Positions 39,920-52,332 of a stretch of 64,000 nt of DNA are shown here, piece after piece. The position numbers were made by a program, and so were the translations under genes. The stretch is from Octopus bimaculoides. Taxonomy: Eukaryota. The notes under the pieces were generated by a model. It was not told where the DNA came from, did no database searches, and saw only the letters and a list, made by a program, of their open reading frames with translations. The DNA lies in the NCBI RefSeq assembly GCF_001194135.2, contig NC_068982.1, positions 113,927,292 through 113,991,291 on the forward strand. Direction: 5' to 3'. Numbering within the stretch: position 1 is the first letter of the stretch; each line of letters opens with the position of its first letter.

Positions 39920-40050
39920 AACATTTACATTATTTACATTTGCCAGATATTTGTCTTCATCTTGTTTGTTGTTAACCCGCTTCGGGTACAAATATCTGTC
40001 AAATGTAAATAATATAAATAATTCCTCACCTCTTAAATATAGAATTGTAA
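39920..40050. repeat. Inverted junction of two pieces of the hammerhead-bearing repeat
   Basis: Arm 39924-39954 TTTACATTATTTACATTTGCCAGATATTTGT pairs with 39988-40018 ACAAATATCTGTCAAATGTAAATAATATAAA. Confidence 0.75.
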
Positions 40051-40741
40051 TATGTAACATTTGTCATCTGTATTTTGGAAATTATTGATATTCTTGTCAA
40101 TGTGTCTTGCATTGGTGACTTATAACTGTACGGTAAATGATGCGTCAACTACCCCATCTTGGTTGGATTTCTTCATTCACATTCAGGTTTTAATCACTGA
40201 CTGGAGCATGCAGTGTTGCATTAGGTTGACATTGTAGCTGTTCAACAAAATGTTATCCAGGTTCTAAGGAGCATTTTCTGCTATGATGAACAAGTTACTA
40301 CATTTCTTTCCATTGTAGTTAACATAGGTATGTATAATCTGCTTGTTCAGAGCTGTTGAAGGGCTTCAAAACAATACCAAAGGTATGCAGTAGGCTTCCA
40401 TGGGAGCAAGAAATATAGTAACAGTGATAACTGCCTTAAGTTATTTTCTGATACTCAAAACTTTCCTACTATCTTCACATTTTGGTATGTATTAGTTGCC
40501 TAATGTCTGGTTTATCGCAATGTGTGTCTGTGTGTGTGATGTTTTTGTCGTGTTACGCTTAGTTTTAGAATGGTGGCAGCTGATGAAGGAAATGTTCTCT
40601 ATGTGGCCTGTGTGTTTTCTGTACTCCGTTTATCATTTTGTCCACGTTTTTTTTGCTACGTCCTGTACCCAGATATGCATCTATATATACATGTAGATGT
40701 AGGTATGTACGTATATATGCATATACTCATATATTATTTGC

Positions 40742-40788
<47 letters not shown>

Positions 40789-40930
40789 CTTGATGTTCAC
40801 ATACAATTCTATAAAACTATATTCTGTTGCTGGGATTGAAAATGTGTTGCTCATATTGATGCCTTTTTTTTTTTGTGATTTACCATTATTGTCAATGTCA
40901 GCCTCATTATTAACATCACCATCATCATCA

Positions 40931-41006
<76 letters not shown>

Positions 41007-41007
41007 T

Positions 41008-41815
41008 AAGGCACCAACAGAATCATTAGTATGCCAGGCAAAATGCTTAGCAGCATTTCATCCATCTTTACATTCTAAGTTCAAATTCCACCGAAGTCAA
41101 CTTTGCCTTTCGTCCTTTCAGGGTCAATAAAATGAGTACCAGTCATGTACTGGGGTCAATGTAATCAACTAGTCCCCTCCCCCAAAATTTCAGGCCTTGT
41201 GCTTATAGCAGAAAGGATTATTGATATTATTACTATTATTATTATTACTTATATTGGAGTTGTGAATTAGCAGAAATTTTAGATCATTGAACATAATGCT
41301 TTGTGCTATTTGTTTCAATTCTTTACCTTTTGAGTTTGAATCCTGCCAGTGTCAAATAATTTGCATTTCAGTTTTCTGGGATTGATAAAATAAAGTACTA
41401 GTCAAGTACTAGGGTTGATTTCATTGACTCACTCCCCTCTCCCAATATTGCACCTATTGAAAAGGTTTAAGGAATGACAAAGAGTACAGCATTAAATTAA
41501 ATGCTAAATAGCATTTAGCTCCAGCCCATTGGTCTAAATTATGTGATTTGACTTTGACTTTCATCCCTTGTTTGAGTGGATGATTAAATAGTACCAGACA
41601 TATACTTAGATTGATTTATTGAACTATGAACCTTCCCTTGAAATTACAACTTCATTATTAATATCGAGTATCAGTTCAAATGCTACCAGGGTCATCTTTG
41701 CTTTCATCTTTCAGGGTCAATAAAATAAGTACCAGTTGAGCACTGGGGGTTGATGTTATCAATCTAGCCCTTCCTCCAAAATTGCTGGCCTTGTGTCAAA
41801 ATTTGAAACCATTAT
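41008..41815 (+). mobile_element. Cluster of about 3-4 SINE-A copies, plus strand
   Basis: Same A-box/B-box head and GCCTTTCATC..GGGGTC body after (ATT)n. Confidence 0.85.
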
Positions 41816-42071
41816 GAATATCGAGTACAAAAGGTGAAGTTAAGCACAGTATGAATTTGAATTCAGGACAGTTAGATGTCAGACATGATAGATACCATCT
41901 TTTTATATTCCTTAGTTCTGATGTTCTTTGTTTCCAATCTCCATAGGAACTATAAAATAATTATCCTTATTACTGAAGTGTTAATTAGATTTGGTTATTT
42001 ACTCAACCCTATAAAAATTAACATAGTGTCATATTTGACACAGTGTTAATAATAATAAATTAATTAATAAC

Positions 42072-42345
42072 AATTAATTGGCAGATGAAATATATAACTT
42101 TCTGGAAAAGGAGAATTTATTGTCAAGGGAGCAAAAAGGATGCAGAAAGAAGTCAAGGGGAACTGGTGATCTGCTGTTTATTAATGATAGTAGGATATTA
42201 AATGAGGTAGAAATCAGAAAGAAAAAATTAGCTGTTGGCTTGATAGATTACATGAAGGCTCAAGTCAATGTTCAACACTTCTGGCTCTTGGAGTGCCTGA
42301 AGATGCTCAAAGTCAATGAGAGGATAAAGAGCTTTTTGGTATACT
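42072..42345 (+). mobile_element. R4/Dong-type RT fragment
   Basis: EQKGCRKKSRGTGDLLFI..LAVGLIDYMKA..V.HFWLLECLKM matches the EQKGC..G..D.L / WIDY.KAYD.VPH.W pattern of R4-clade RT. Confidence 0.8.
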
Positions 42346-43009
42346 GAGACAACAATTATTCCTTTGGTAATTTGGACTCTTGACACACAACACTCAAAAT
42401 GCTACCTAAAAGACTAAAAGATAGTGAAATTGTGTCTTGCATTGTCCACCTGCAGAGAAGTATCATCCTATATTCAGCAAGAAGCTTAAGAAAGATTCTT
42501 GAGACTTAAGGAGATTTGTTGTCTCCAAACCTCAAGATAACATTCCTGCTAACTAAATTAGCTTGTACTAGGTCGATAATAATAATGCTCATGATGATGA
42601 TAATATTAATAGCAGAAATAATTTCTCATTTAATATTATCTATGGTAACATTTTCATTTACTGTTCTAATACTCAACTGTCAGTTAGTTTTCATTAATGA
42701 AACATCACATTTCTGACAAGTTAGTTTTTTTTTTTTTCTTCTTTTGCTTTCAAACAGGTCTAAGAAAATAGATATCAGTAATTTACTGGTTTTAATCATT
42801 AAACCCTTGTTATATCTTTATGCTTTATTATCCTCAAATTAAATGACTACTTCATTCTCTTTCCATCTTTTGTCTGCTCTGCATATAGGGTATTCAGGCT
42901 AAATTTGGCAGTTTGTATAAAAGGAAAAGAAAACAATATTCTATCCAAAAATAAAAGTATTTTTTAAAAATCAAACAATATCAACTAGATTATATTTGGG
43001 GGATAACAG

Positions 43010-43790
43010 TTTACTCAAAGTAGTTACCCTCAGCTTCCACTATAGCCTCAAGACAGCTCTGGAACCTGGCACATACATTCCGCATTGTCTTCCTGGCAAG
43101 ACCTACCAATACCTCCTAGATCTTGGCCACCAGCTCAGCCTTGGTGTTGCTGAATGTATGGTTGGTGCCTTTCTTGACTACACTCCACATATAGTGATCC
43201 ATGGAATTACAATTAAAGGAAGAAGGGGACCAGAAATTGTGGCTGGTGAAGTCATAGAAATCATCCAACAACCCCTTCCGACTCTTTCTAGAGATATGGC
43301 AAGGAGCTGAATCCTACTGCCAAAATGGTGGCCTTCCAATAGTGATCCTCTCCTGCCAGGGATTGAGTATAGTCTCCAGCAGCTTCATATAGTGGTCTGA
43401 ATTGTGCCTGAGGTTGAATTCTAGCATGCAGACACAGTCAGAATACCTGTTGTGTCCCTTTCTGTTGGCCATGGCTTCACAATCCCCATTCAGAGTCTTC
43501 ATGTCATGTCTTACAGCCTTTACAGTATTCAAAGAGCATTGAGAAGCAATCATTATGTCAGCATTTTGATATCCAGTGTGAATCATCATGATACAAGCAA
43601 CCCTTTTCTTATATCCAGATGGCTTCCAGTCCTCCATGTCACCTAACTTTTTCTCAACTTCAACTTTAATCTTTATGCTTTCCAACACCACTGACTGTTC
43701 ACCAACACATCTAGCTGTTCCTGAAAAAAAGGAAACATAAAATATCGTCAAATTTATCCAGAATCTCCTGAGCATAGCTTATCATGAAAT
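43010..43790 (-). mobile_element. Internally deleted Tc1/mariner transposon, DD37D (maT) type
   Basis: WQ*DSAPCH...FWSPSSFNCNSMDHYMW with 37 residues between the two Asp (counted); C-terminal LEAIVEAEGNYFE; N-terminal ADIMIASQCSLNTVK. Confidence 0.8.
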
Positions 43791-45350
43791 ATTCATGGTT
43801 ACATTGGAGGAGGATATGGTACATTTCATTGATACCCAAGAGAGGATTCAATTCCTCGCTATTTATTTTAGCTGCTGGCAAAACCCAACACTGAGCTGTT
43901 CTAAAAAAGTAATGTTTTAACAACTCTTTTAGTGTGTGTGTGTGTGTGTGTGTTATTTATATATATATCCAGCATGGCCATAGCCTTAGGGCTGAAACAA
44001 ATGAAAGAATATATATAATTTATTTGTGTGAGTGAATATTCACTGTTTTAAGATAAAGTCTTGCACAACAGTCTAAGTATCTGCTCCATTCAACAGTATG
44101 TGTGTGTGGAGCCTTACTTTAAAAGAATAACCCATAAAATTTTAAAACCTTTATCATGAAGACAAATCCCAAACCTCATTATTTAGTGATGCTATAGCAT
44201 TGGTAATAATACATGGCATTATGGTTTTAAACAAGATTTATTACTGATGATCATAACCAAAGACAAAATGCAACTCATACTTTATGTTCAATTCAGTTTA
44301 GTTTCATTCTATACACACATAAGAAAAATGGGTAACATATTAATTTAAGTGATATTAAGTAGATTAACTCCTTCTCTCCTTCCTTAATGCTAATGTTACA
44401 TACAACATACTTCATTCAATAAAAACCTTCTCACACACACATACGTTGTTGTTGTTGTTGTTTAGTTCTAGATCAGCACTGACTGAACAAGCTTATAATC
44501 AAAAGATTCTAACCATTGCCCTCCCATCTTTTCATCTCAAGAACAGAGTATCTTTCATTTCATTATCCATTGCCATATGTTATTTTAAGGTAGTGGTGCC
44601 CGAGTTGAGAAAGGTCGAGTGACTGCATAGAAGTTCCTTTCATTGGTTCATATAAGCACAGTTTGCTGATGAGTCAGAACTGTTCTATTGATGTTGACAT
44701 TAAATGAAAATATATCAGTATACACACTGGAAACAGCCTTAGATTAAAAATACTAGTCTGCAGAACCATTTATAATGTGTATACAAACATAGACTCCACT
44801 ACCTGTAATACTTTTTCTCAGAGAAACTTTTCAAAGAGACTTTTGTGTTAAAAACACAAGACATCACCCAGAGTGTTGGTGGACTGTCAGACATCACATC
44901 TCCACCTGATTTAGCTTCTTCGGTTACAAGACACATTGACAATTACATGTCATTGACAGAGCTTGCTAAGTGTGTCCACCATTGAACGTTTCTGTTCTTA
45001 GAAATCTTAAAGAGATTTTACTGCAAAAGAAGACAATGCAGATGTTATTGACTTACATATATTATTAACATTGCTATCAGAATTATAAATTACTATACAA
45101 CATGATATCACATTTTGCTTCATTCTTTCTCATTGTAATCTTTAAATGTGATTCGGGAATTGGCAGAATCAGCAAAGCGGTATTTTTTTTCTGGCACTTC
45201 ATGTTCTGGGTTCAAATTCTGTCAAGGTATCTTTTCCAACAGTTTAATCTGTTGTGCTGGTATAAAATATTAATAGTAATACTGAGGTTAGTGGTGTCAA
45301 CTAGCCCCTCCCTTCAAAAATTATTGGCCTTGTGTCTAAATTAGAAATCA

Positions 45351-45420
<70 letters not shown>

Positions 45421-45459
45421 TCATATATGCACAACAAATTAAGTTGTTGGAAAAAAAAA

Positions 45460-45766
45460 TTCTTAATATCAAATTACATCAAGTAACCTTAATGCCAAGA
45501 ACCTTACTAAATATCCTAGCTATCCCTAATAATACTGTTTTCTGGAGCTGCACTAAACTAGGTTTTATGCCTATTTCCTCTATCCATCTGTTCAGATCTT
45601 TAGGGTTAGTTCCCAATGCACCTATAACTACAGGGATACATTTTACTCACACTTTCCATAGCCTCTGCAATGGCTAGGTCTTGGTATTTTGCTATTTTCT
45701 CTATACTTCCCATATTGAGTTTCTCATTAAGATTAAGTCTCATATTGACTTCCAATCAGTTAAGAT
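45460..45766 (-). mobile_element. R4/Dong RLE C-terminal fragment between (ATT)n tracts
   Basis: KIAKYQDL...CIPVVIGALGT.PKDL..WI..IGI..LQKTVLLGIARI..KVLGI. Confidence 0.8.
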
Positions 45767-45784
45767 TATTATTATTATTATTTT

Positions 45785-46135
45785 ATGTTTGACTTTTGTT
45801 TTGCATTTGTACAAGTTGGATCCAAGTCTCACCCAGAGACCTCAAGAGACAACAAGTTAGAAGTTCATGTAGGTGTTATGCCTAGGGTACCATATATTTG
45901 GATTTCTACAGTTTTGTTGTAATGAATGTTTAAGAAACCATAAGAAAATTATGTATTTGCTTTAAAATTTGAGATCACATAGACAGTATTTTACGTAGGA
46001 TATGGGCAGTTCCCATGAGCACTATCTTTTGAACTTCAGCCATTTTGGGGTTTCCTGGTATCTGAGCTAGGTAGTAATCAGCCTGTTTCGCTGTCATTCC
46101 CAGAGCACCTATGACAATAGGTATTGTTTTCGTCC
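45785..46135 (-). mobile_element. Second R4/Dong family 3' end with 3' UTR and (AAT)n tail
   Basis: KTIPIVIGALGMTAKQADYYLAQIPGNPKMAEVQKIVLMGTAHILRKILSM* followed by ~190 nt UTR running into (AAT)n. Confidence 0.85.
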
Positions 46136-46147
46136 ATCATCATTTTT

Positions 46148-46610
46148 GAGTGAGAGAGCAGTACATACCATCAAAGTGACACTAGAGTAAAATATATGAA
46201 GCCAAGTATACCTGCACATGACCTTGCAGGTGGGGTCCAGTTAGGATTTTCTCTTCAGGTCGAGTAGCCCATCCCGCTCAAAAGTCCCTGAATAAGGGTT
46301 GTTTAAAGATGTTGAACAAAACACCTATATTTCCAAAGGTGAGTTATCCAAACTCCAAAGAACTCCTGTCAACACATGGCTATGATGCTCCTCAACTACT
46401 TCTGCTCATGATCAGAGAGGCACATATCATCAGTCACTAAGGGACATGCACAATTATTTAAGGTCAAACAACTGACAAGTAAATCTGTGGTATTGAGCAG
46501 AATATTTGCTGTAGCCCATCTCTTATACCAAGACAAAACAATGTACAGTTAAGATCAGCTAAGATCAGAAGCCAATGAGAGGCACTGCCTGGCACTTCAT
46601 CTGGGCATTT
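46148..46610. mobile_element. Non-coding ~0.5 kb interspersed repeat adjoining (ATT)n (internally deleted copy)
   Basis: Highly similar to 48168-48715; lacks a ~90 nt internal block. Confidence 0.8.
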
Positions 46611-46613
46611 ATT

Positions 46614-46693
<80 letters not shown>

Positions 46694-47347
46694 CATTAAG
46701 GTAGTGAGCTGGCAGAATAATTACCTTGCTGGGCAAAATGCTCAGCGGCATTTCATCTGTCTTCACATTCTGAGTTCAAATTCCGCCGAGCTCAACTTTG
46801 CCTTTCATCCTTTTGGGGGTCAATAAATTAAGTACCAGTTACAAACTGGGGTCGATGTAATCGACTTATCCCCTCCCCTAAATGTTCAGGCCTTGTGCTT
46901 ACAGTAGAAAGGATTGTCATTATTATTATTATTATTATTATTCCTTGTATTTTTTTACATCCATTTACAAGCTAAGGTGAAATCCCATGGATATTAACTT
47001 TGCTTTTCATTCTTCTGGGGTTGATAAGATAAAATAAATAAACAGCCCAGTACTGGAATTGATATAACCGACTGTTCTCATTTCCAAAATCCCTGACCTT
47101 ACACCTATTTCAGAAACAAGTATTATTATAATTGAAGGTAGCTGAGTGGTCGAAGATGTTATGTATCTCAGCCTGAGACAAGTTTCATCTTTTATAACTT
47201 TATTTATTTTATTTTATTTTTAGTTTGTACTTTTTTTTTCCAGTGTACATAGTTACAATATTTACTAAACCTGGCCAATCTGAGACAATGTAATAAATGC
47301 TCTCTTTCCTATTCAGAAACATTTTACTGTTGCTACTGGTTACTTAC

Positions 47348-47394
47348 ATTCATGATATTCTGGATTTTGTTCTTTATTCAGGCAACCATCATAA
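47348..47394 (-). CDS. Putative 47 nt exon (YDGCLNKEQNPEYHE)
   Basis: attcttgatag acceptor, AT|gtaagt donor, single open frame (phase 2 to 1) that joins in phase with 52272-52332. Confidence 0.3.
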
Positions 47395-47812
47395 CTATCA
47401 AGAATATTTATGGAATTATTATCATTATTATTACAACAAAGCCAAAATCATTAGCACAGCAGATAAGATGCTTAGTGGCATTTCATACATCTTTATATTC
47501 AGAGTTCAAATTCTGCCAAGGTCAACTTTGCCTTTCATCCTTTTTGGGTTGCTGAAACAAGTACCAGTTGAGCCCTGGGATTCATGCAATCAACTGTCCC
47601 ACCTTCCCCTAAATTTCAGACCTTGTGCCTATATTAGAAATGATTATTAATGTATGGTTCCAAATCTCATTGAAGTCAGATTTGCATTTTATTTGTTCTG
47701 GGGTTGGTAAAATGAAGTATCTATCAAGTACTGGAATCATTGGCATCAATAAGCCCTTCCCTTAAAATTGCTTTGTGCTTTAATCAGAAACCATTATCAT
47801 TATTATTATTAC

Positions 47813-47857
<45 letters not shown>

Positions 47858-48116
47858 GGCAGTGAGCTGGTAGAATCATTAATATGCCGGGCGAAATGCT
47901 TAGCAGTATTTCGTCTGCCACAACATTCCAAGTTTAAATTCTGCCAAGATCACTTTTGCCTTTCATCCTTTTAGAGTCAATTCTTTTTATTCTCGGTTCA
48001 AATCCCACCAGGATCAGTTATGCTTTTATCATTCTGGGGTCAATGAATAAAGTATATGACATTTATAGCAGTAGGGAAGGCAATTTATCACTTTTGCACC
48101 TGTCTTAGAGACTATG

Positions 48117-48167
<51 letters not shown>

Positions 48168-48715
48168 GAGTGAGAGAGCAGTGCATGCCATCAAAGTGAC
48201 ACTGGGGTAAAATATACGAAGCCCAGTATACCCATCATGACTACCCGTCAGATAAGGGTACACCAGGCACATGCATCACAACCGTATGTGCGCAACATGG
48301 TGATCTCATATCAAGATAAACAGCGCATGACCTCGCAGGTGGGGCCCAGTTAGAATTTTCTTCAGGTCAAGTAGCCCATTCTGCTCAAAAGGTCCCTGAA
48401 TCAGGTTTGTTTAAGGATGTTGAGCAAAACACCCCCATGTTTCCAAAGGTGAATTATTCAAACCCCAAAGACTACCTCTCAACACATGGCTATGATGCTC
48501 CCCCACTTCTGCTCATGATCAGAGATGCACATAACGTCAGCCACCAAGGGACATGCTCAACTGGTTAAGGTCAAACAACTGACAAGCAAATCTGTGGTAT
48601 TGAGCAGAATATTTGCTGTAGCCCATCTTTTATATCAAGACAAAACAATGTACATGATAACACTTCCAATTAGTTAAAATCAGAAGCCAATGCCTGGTTT
48701 TGCATTTGGGCATTT
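48168..48715. mobile_element. Non-coding ~0.55 kb interspersed repeat flanked by (ATT)n on both sides
   Basis: GAGTGAGAGAGCAGTGCATGCCATCAAAGTGACAC ... GGGCATTT; second copy at 46148; no ORF, no TIR, no tRNA head seen. Confidence 0.8.
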
Positions 48716-51700
48716 ATTATTATTATTATTATTATTAAGGTGGTGATTTGGTAAGATCATTAGCACACTGGGTGAAATGCTGAGTAGTATTTCATTTATG
48801 ATTACGTTCTGATTCAAATTGTGTTGAGGCCGACTTTGCCTTTCATCTTTTCAGGGTCAATAAAATAACTACTGGTTGAACACGGGTGTGTATAATCGAC
48901 TTATCCCGTCCCCCGATATTGCTGGCCTTGTGCCAAAAATTATTATTTTCATTATTATCATTATTATTATAGGTATTTACATACAAAGAAGTAGGAATTT
49001 ATGATCAAATATAAGGAAAATACTGGCCTTTTAAAAAAAATATTCATTATTTTTTTATTGCTCCTATGTCTCGTTTTTGACAGATGTTGCTGAGGATTTT
49101 ATTCGTGTTTTAAAACACTAACAGACAATCATGTAGTAAATGAACTGAAAACAACAAATCAACATCATAAAAAATAGCATATATTACCATAGAGATAGAC
49201 ATACATTATTCCTTAAAGGTGATGTAAAGTCAGTGTAAGCTGAGAATTACAGGTATCACTAAGAATGGAATGATAAAAATACAAGAATAATTATGAAAGC
49301 TGACAGAAATTTACAACCTGTAAAGCTAATTTATTTCTGCAGAAATATTCAAACTTTTAAGGAGTATGCCAAAAAGAAAACTAACTACTTTTGTTACTTC
49401 AGAACTGCAGAAATCTGATATCATCCTTGCTACACCATGTGAGATATATCTCCGTGGTGAACTGTCAGAAATTAAAGTTGTATATGTGTACTTCTGGTGG
49501 GGTAAAAGCCAAAGAATAAGATGTTTGCCAGTTAAGATTCACTTATGATCAAAGGTAGAGCAGCTGCCAAAGAGACTCTCTCAGTGGATAAATTAGGACT
49601 ATGTAATTGGTAACTGAGATGCCTATAATATATGTTATTTTTATTAGATTTCATTCTGAAAATATAGACCCACCCTGTTAGGACTGAGGGTTTACATGTA
49701 GTTTCAAACCACAATTGAAAGAGTGAAGTATTATTAAAAAGTTGCTATAAGGCACTATAGAACATATCTATATGTTATAACATATATTTGTGTTGCGACA
49801 ATTGTAAACAATATGTTTATATAATATGCACATGGATAGAAAAAGTGGGAACAGTTGAATGTGTGTTTTGATTCTTGTTGAGATGCTCATGAGCATTCCC
49901 TCTAACTATCTACAAACATACTTCTTATAAACCTACTAATATTAGAGATTAAGGTAAACTGGACAAATTTGCATATTTATCATTTTTCTTGGCAGCTAGG
50001 TCAAATAGTAAATTACTGGTGTGTTAAGTGCTATATTTCATTGCTGTAATCATCATAATATAGCGTCTATTTTCTATGGGTTGAAAGGCTTCACAAGATC
50101 CAAGTTGTCTGGGAATTGCATGGAGCTCCAGTGTCTGATGTGGCGTGGTTTCTACTGTTGTATGCCCCTCCAAATGCCAACCATTTTGTGACATTCATTG
50201 AGAACTTCTTCATGTCACTGGTACTAGTGAGGTCTCAAAGTTGCTTGCTTGAGCCCTTGATTGAGAGCAGGGGGATAAAGTATTGAGAGAGAGATGCTTA
50301 TACATTATAGTTATGTACTACAGAATATGCCTATAGATATAATAGCCAACATTGTCTCACAACAAATGTAAATGATACATCTATACAATATGCTCATGGA
50401 CAGAAAAAGAAGAAACAGTTGAAATCACTTTTCAGCCCTTATTGGAATTCTAGTCAACAACTGTTGACTTCTCTAATTATCCATGAACACAACTGCTTTG
50501 AAACCCATTAATATTTGAGTTTAAAGTGAAAATGGATAAATGAATTTGCAATTTTCTTTATTTAGTTTATAAGCTGTGTGTTTGTCGGTAGTGAGTGGGA
50601 ATACACGATTGCTGATAAAGATTCCAACAGAAATCAAAAGTTTCATTTAAATTTTGTCTTTTTCTGTCCAAGAGCAAATTGTATAGAACTATTGTTTACA
50701 GTTGTCAAAACATGGTATATTCATTTAAATCAATAAATATACTCTATAGTACATTATAGTAATGAAACAAGATACTGTTAATAGTAGCTGATGCCAGTGC
50801 TGCCTGACCGGCATCCATGCTGGTGGCACATAAAATGCACCATTCAAGCGTGGCCATTGTCAGTGCTGCCTGACTGGCACATCAAAAGCACCCACCACAC
50901 TCTTGGAGTGGTTAGCATTTGGAAGGGCATCCAGCTGTAGAAACCTTACCAAATCAGATTGGGGCCTGGTGCAGCCTCCCAGCTTACCAGTTCTCAGTCA
51001 AACCATCCAGCTCATGCAAGCATGGAAAGCAGACATTAAACGATTATAATGATGATGATGATAACAATATCAATAATTTAATGTTTGATCTGGCTGCTAA
51101 GAAAATGATATCTATCCAGTTTAATTTTGCCCCTAATGCTAGAAGGTTCATGAGCAATGAGTTCGTGGCTAGTTTGAGGAGGTGAAGAACTGCTGATGAG
51201 TATTGCAACAAAAATCAAAGTGCATATTCAACTATTCCCTCTTTTTCTCTCCATAAGCATGTTGTAAGATGCATTGTTTACATTTTCCATAAGATAGTGC
51301 TGGCTCTAAAAAATCAGTTGATATGTTCAGTACTAAATTATAACAGAATATTATTAACACCTCATTAATTGAAAATTATTGTCCCCAGAGATTTTAGATT
51401 TTAATATTTCTTATACTTAAGGTGGCAAGCTGGTAGAATTGCTAGCACATTGGGGAAAATGCTTTATGTTTTGAGTTCAAATTCCACTGAGGTCGACTTT
51501 ACTTTTCATCCTTTTGGTGCTGTTGATAAAATAAGTAACAGTTAAACTCTGGAGTCAATGTAATTGACTTACCTCGCTCCTAAGATTGCTGCTTTGTGCC
51601 AGAATTTGAAACCAATATTTACTATACTGAACAGAATGCAATTTCTTTTAACAAGATATATGACATGTTTTACAATGAAGCAGCATAGCTGCATTAATCC

Positions 51701-52271
51701 CAGGGGAATGGAAAGCAAAATTAAATCGACTATAAAAGGATTTGCAACAAAAGTCCAGAATTAAATACCGTAAAGTTAAGCTACACTTAGTCCAATGGTT
51801 TCATTATTACTAATTCAATAAGTCAAACAGAAAAGCTTTTAAAAAAGCTTCTGAGAAACAAACATGCAAAATACAAGATAATAGTTGATTTCATGACATT
51901 GTGTCTATCAAAACTATGAATATTCAAGAAAATTGCATGATAACTGTGGTTTAGTAGGAAAATGCATGTCACCTGACACCTAAATAAAACTATCAGAAAA
52001 CACTGATATGATGACCTAGTATTTTATTGGTTTAGGTGAGATAAGAGAGTGGAATTTTCAACACATAAACATTTGATCAGGCTATTTCTTGACTGCACAG
52101 TACAAACATAGAACTTACAGAAACCACTCAGTACTATAAAAATTACGCAATGGAATACCAAACTGTCAAATGAGCAAATTTAATGATAGTTATGAATTCT
52201 AACTGGAGAAAGCTAAAAGAAACCTGAATTGTGAAACTAGTATGTTGATGATGCGATTATACGTATTTTAC

Positions 52272-52332
52272 CTGTCAGAGTTGTCAGACACATTCATTGC
52301 ATAGTTGTAGCATTTGCAAGAATCTCTCAGAG
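52272..52332 (-). CDS. Putative 61 nt exon (LRDSCKCYNYAMNVSDNSD)
   Basis: catatctag acceptor, CAG|gtaaaa donor, single open frame (phase 1 to 2). Confidence 0.3.

Larger units (their letters stand above)
46698..48945 (+). mobile_element. Cluster of about 7-8 SINE-A copies, plus strand, separated by (ATT)n
   Basis: Repeated heads AAGG.AGTGAGCTGG.AGAAT and B-box GAGTTCAAATT. Confidence 0.85.

Noticed and set aside
40575-40610. CTGATGA words as hammerheads (also 8651, 44667, 51192)
   Set aside because: No stem II followed by GAAA and no closing helices.
49342-49548. Frame open on both strands, with a DIILATP helicase-like word
   Set aside because: No further helicase motifs, strand cannot be decided, and splice phases do not link to neighbours.
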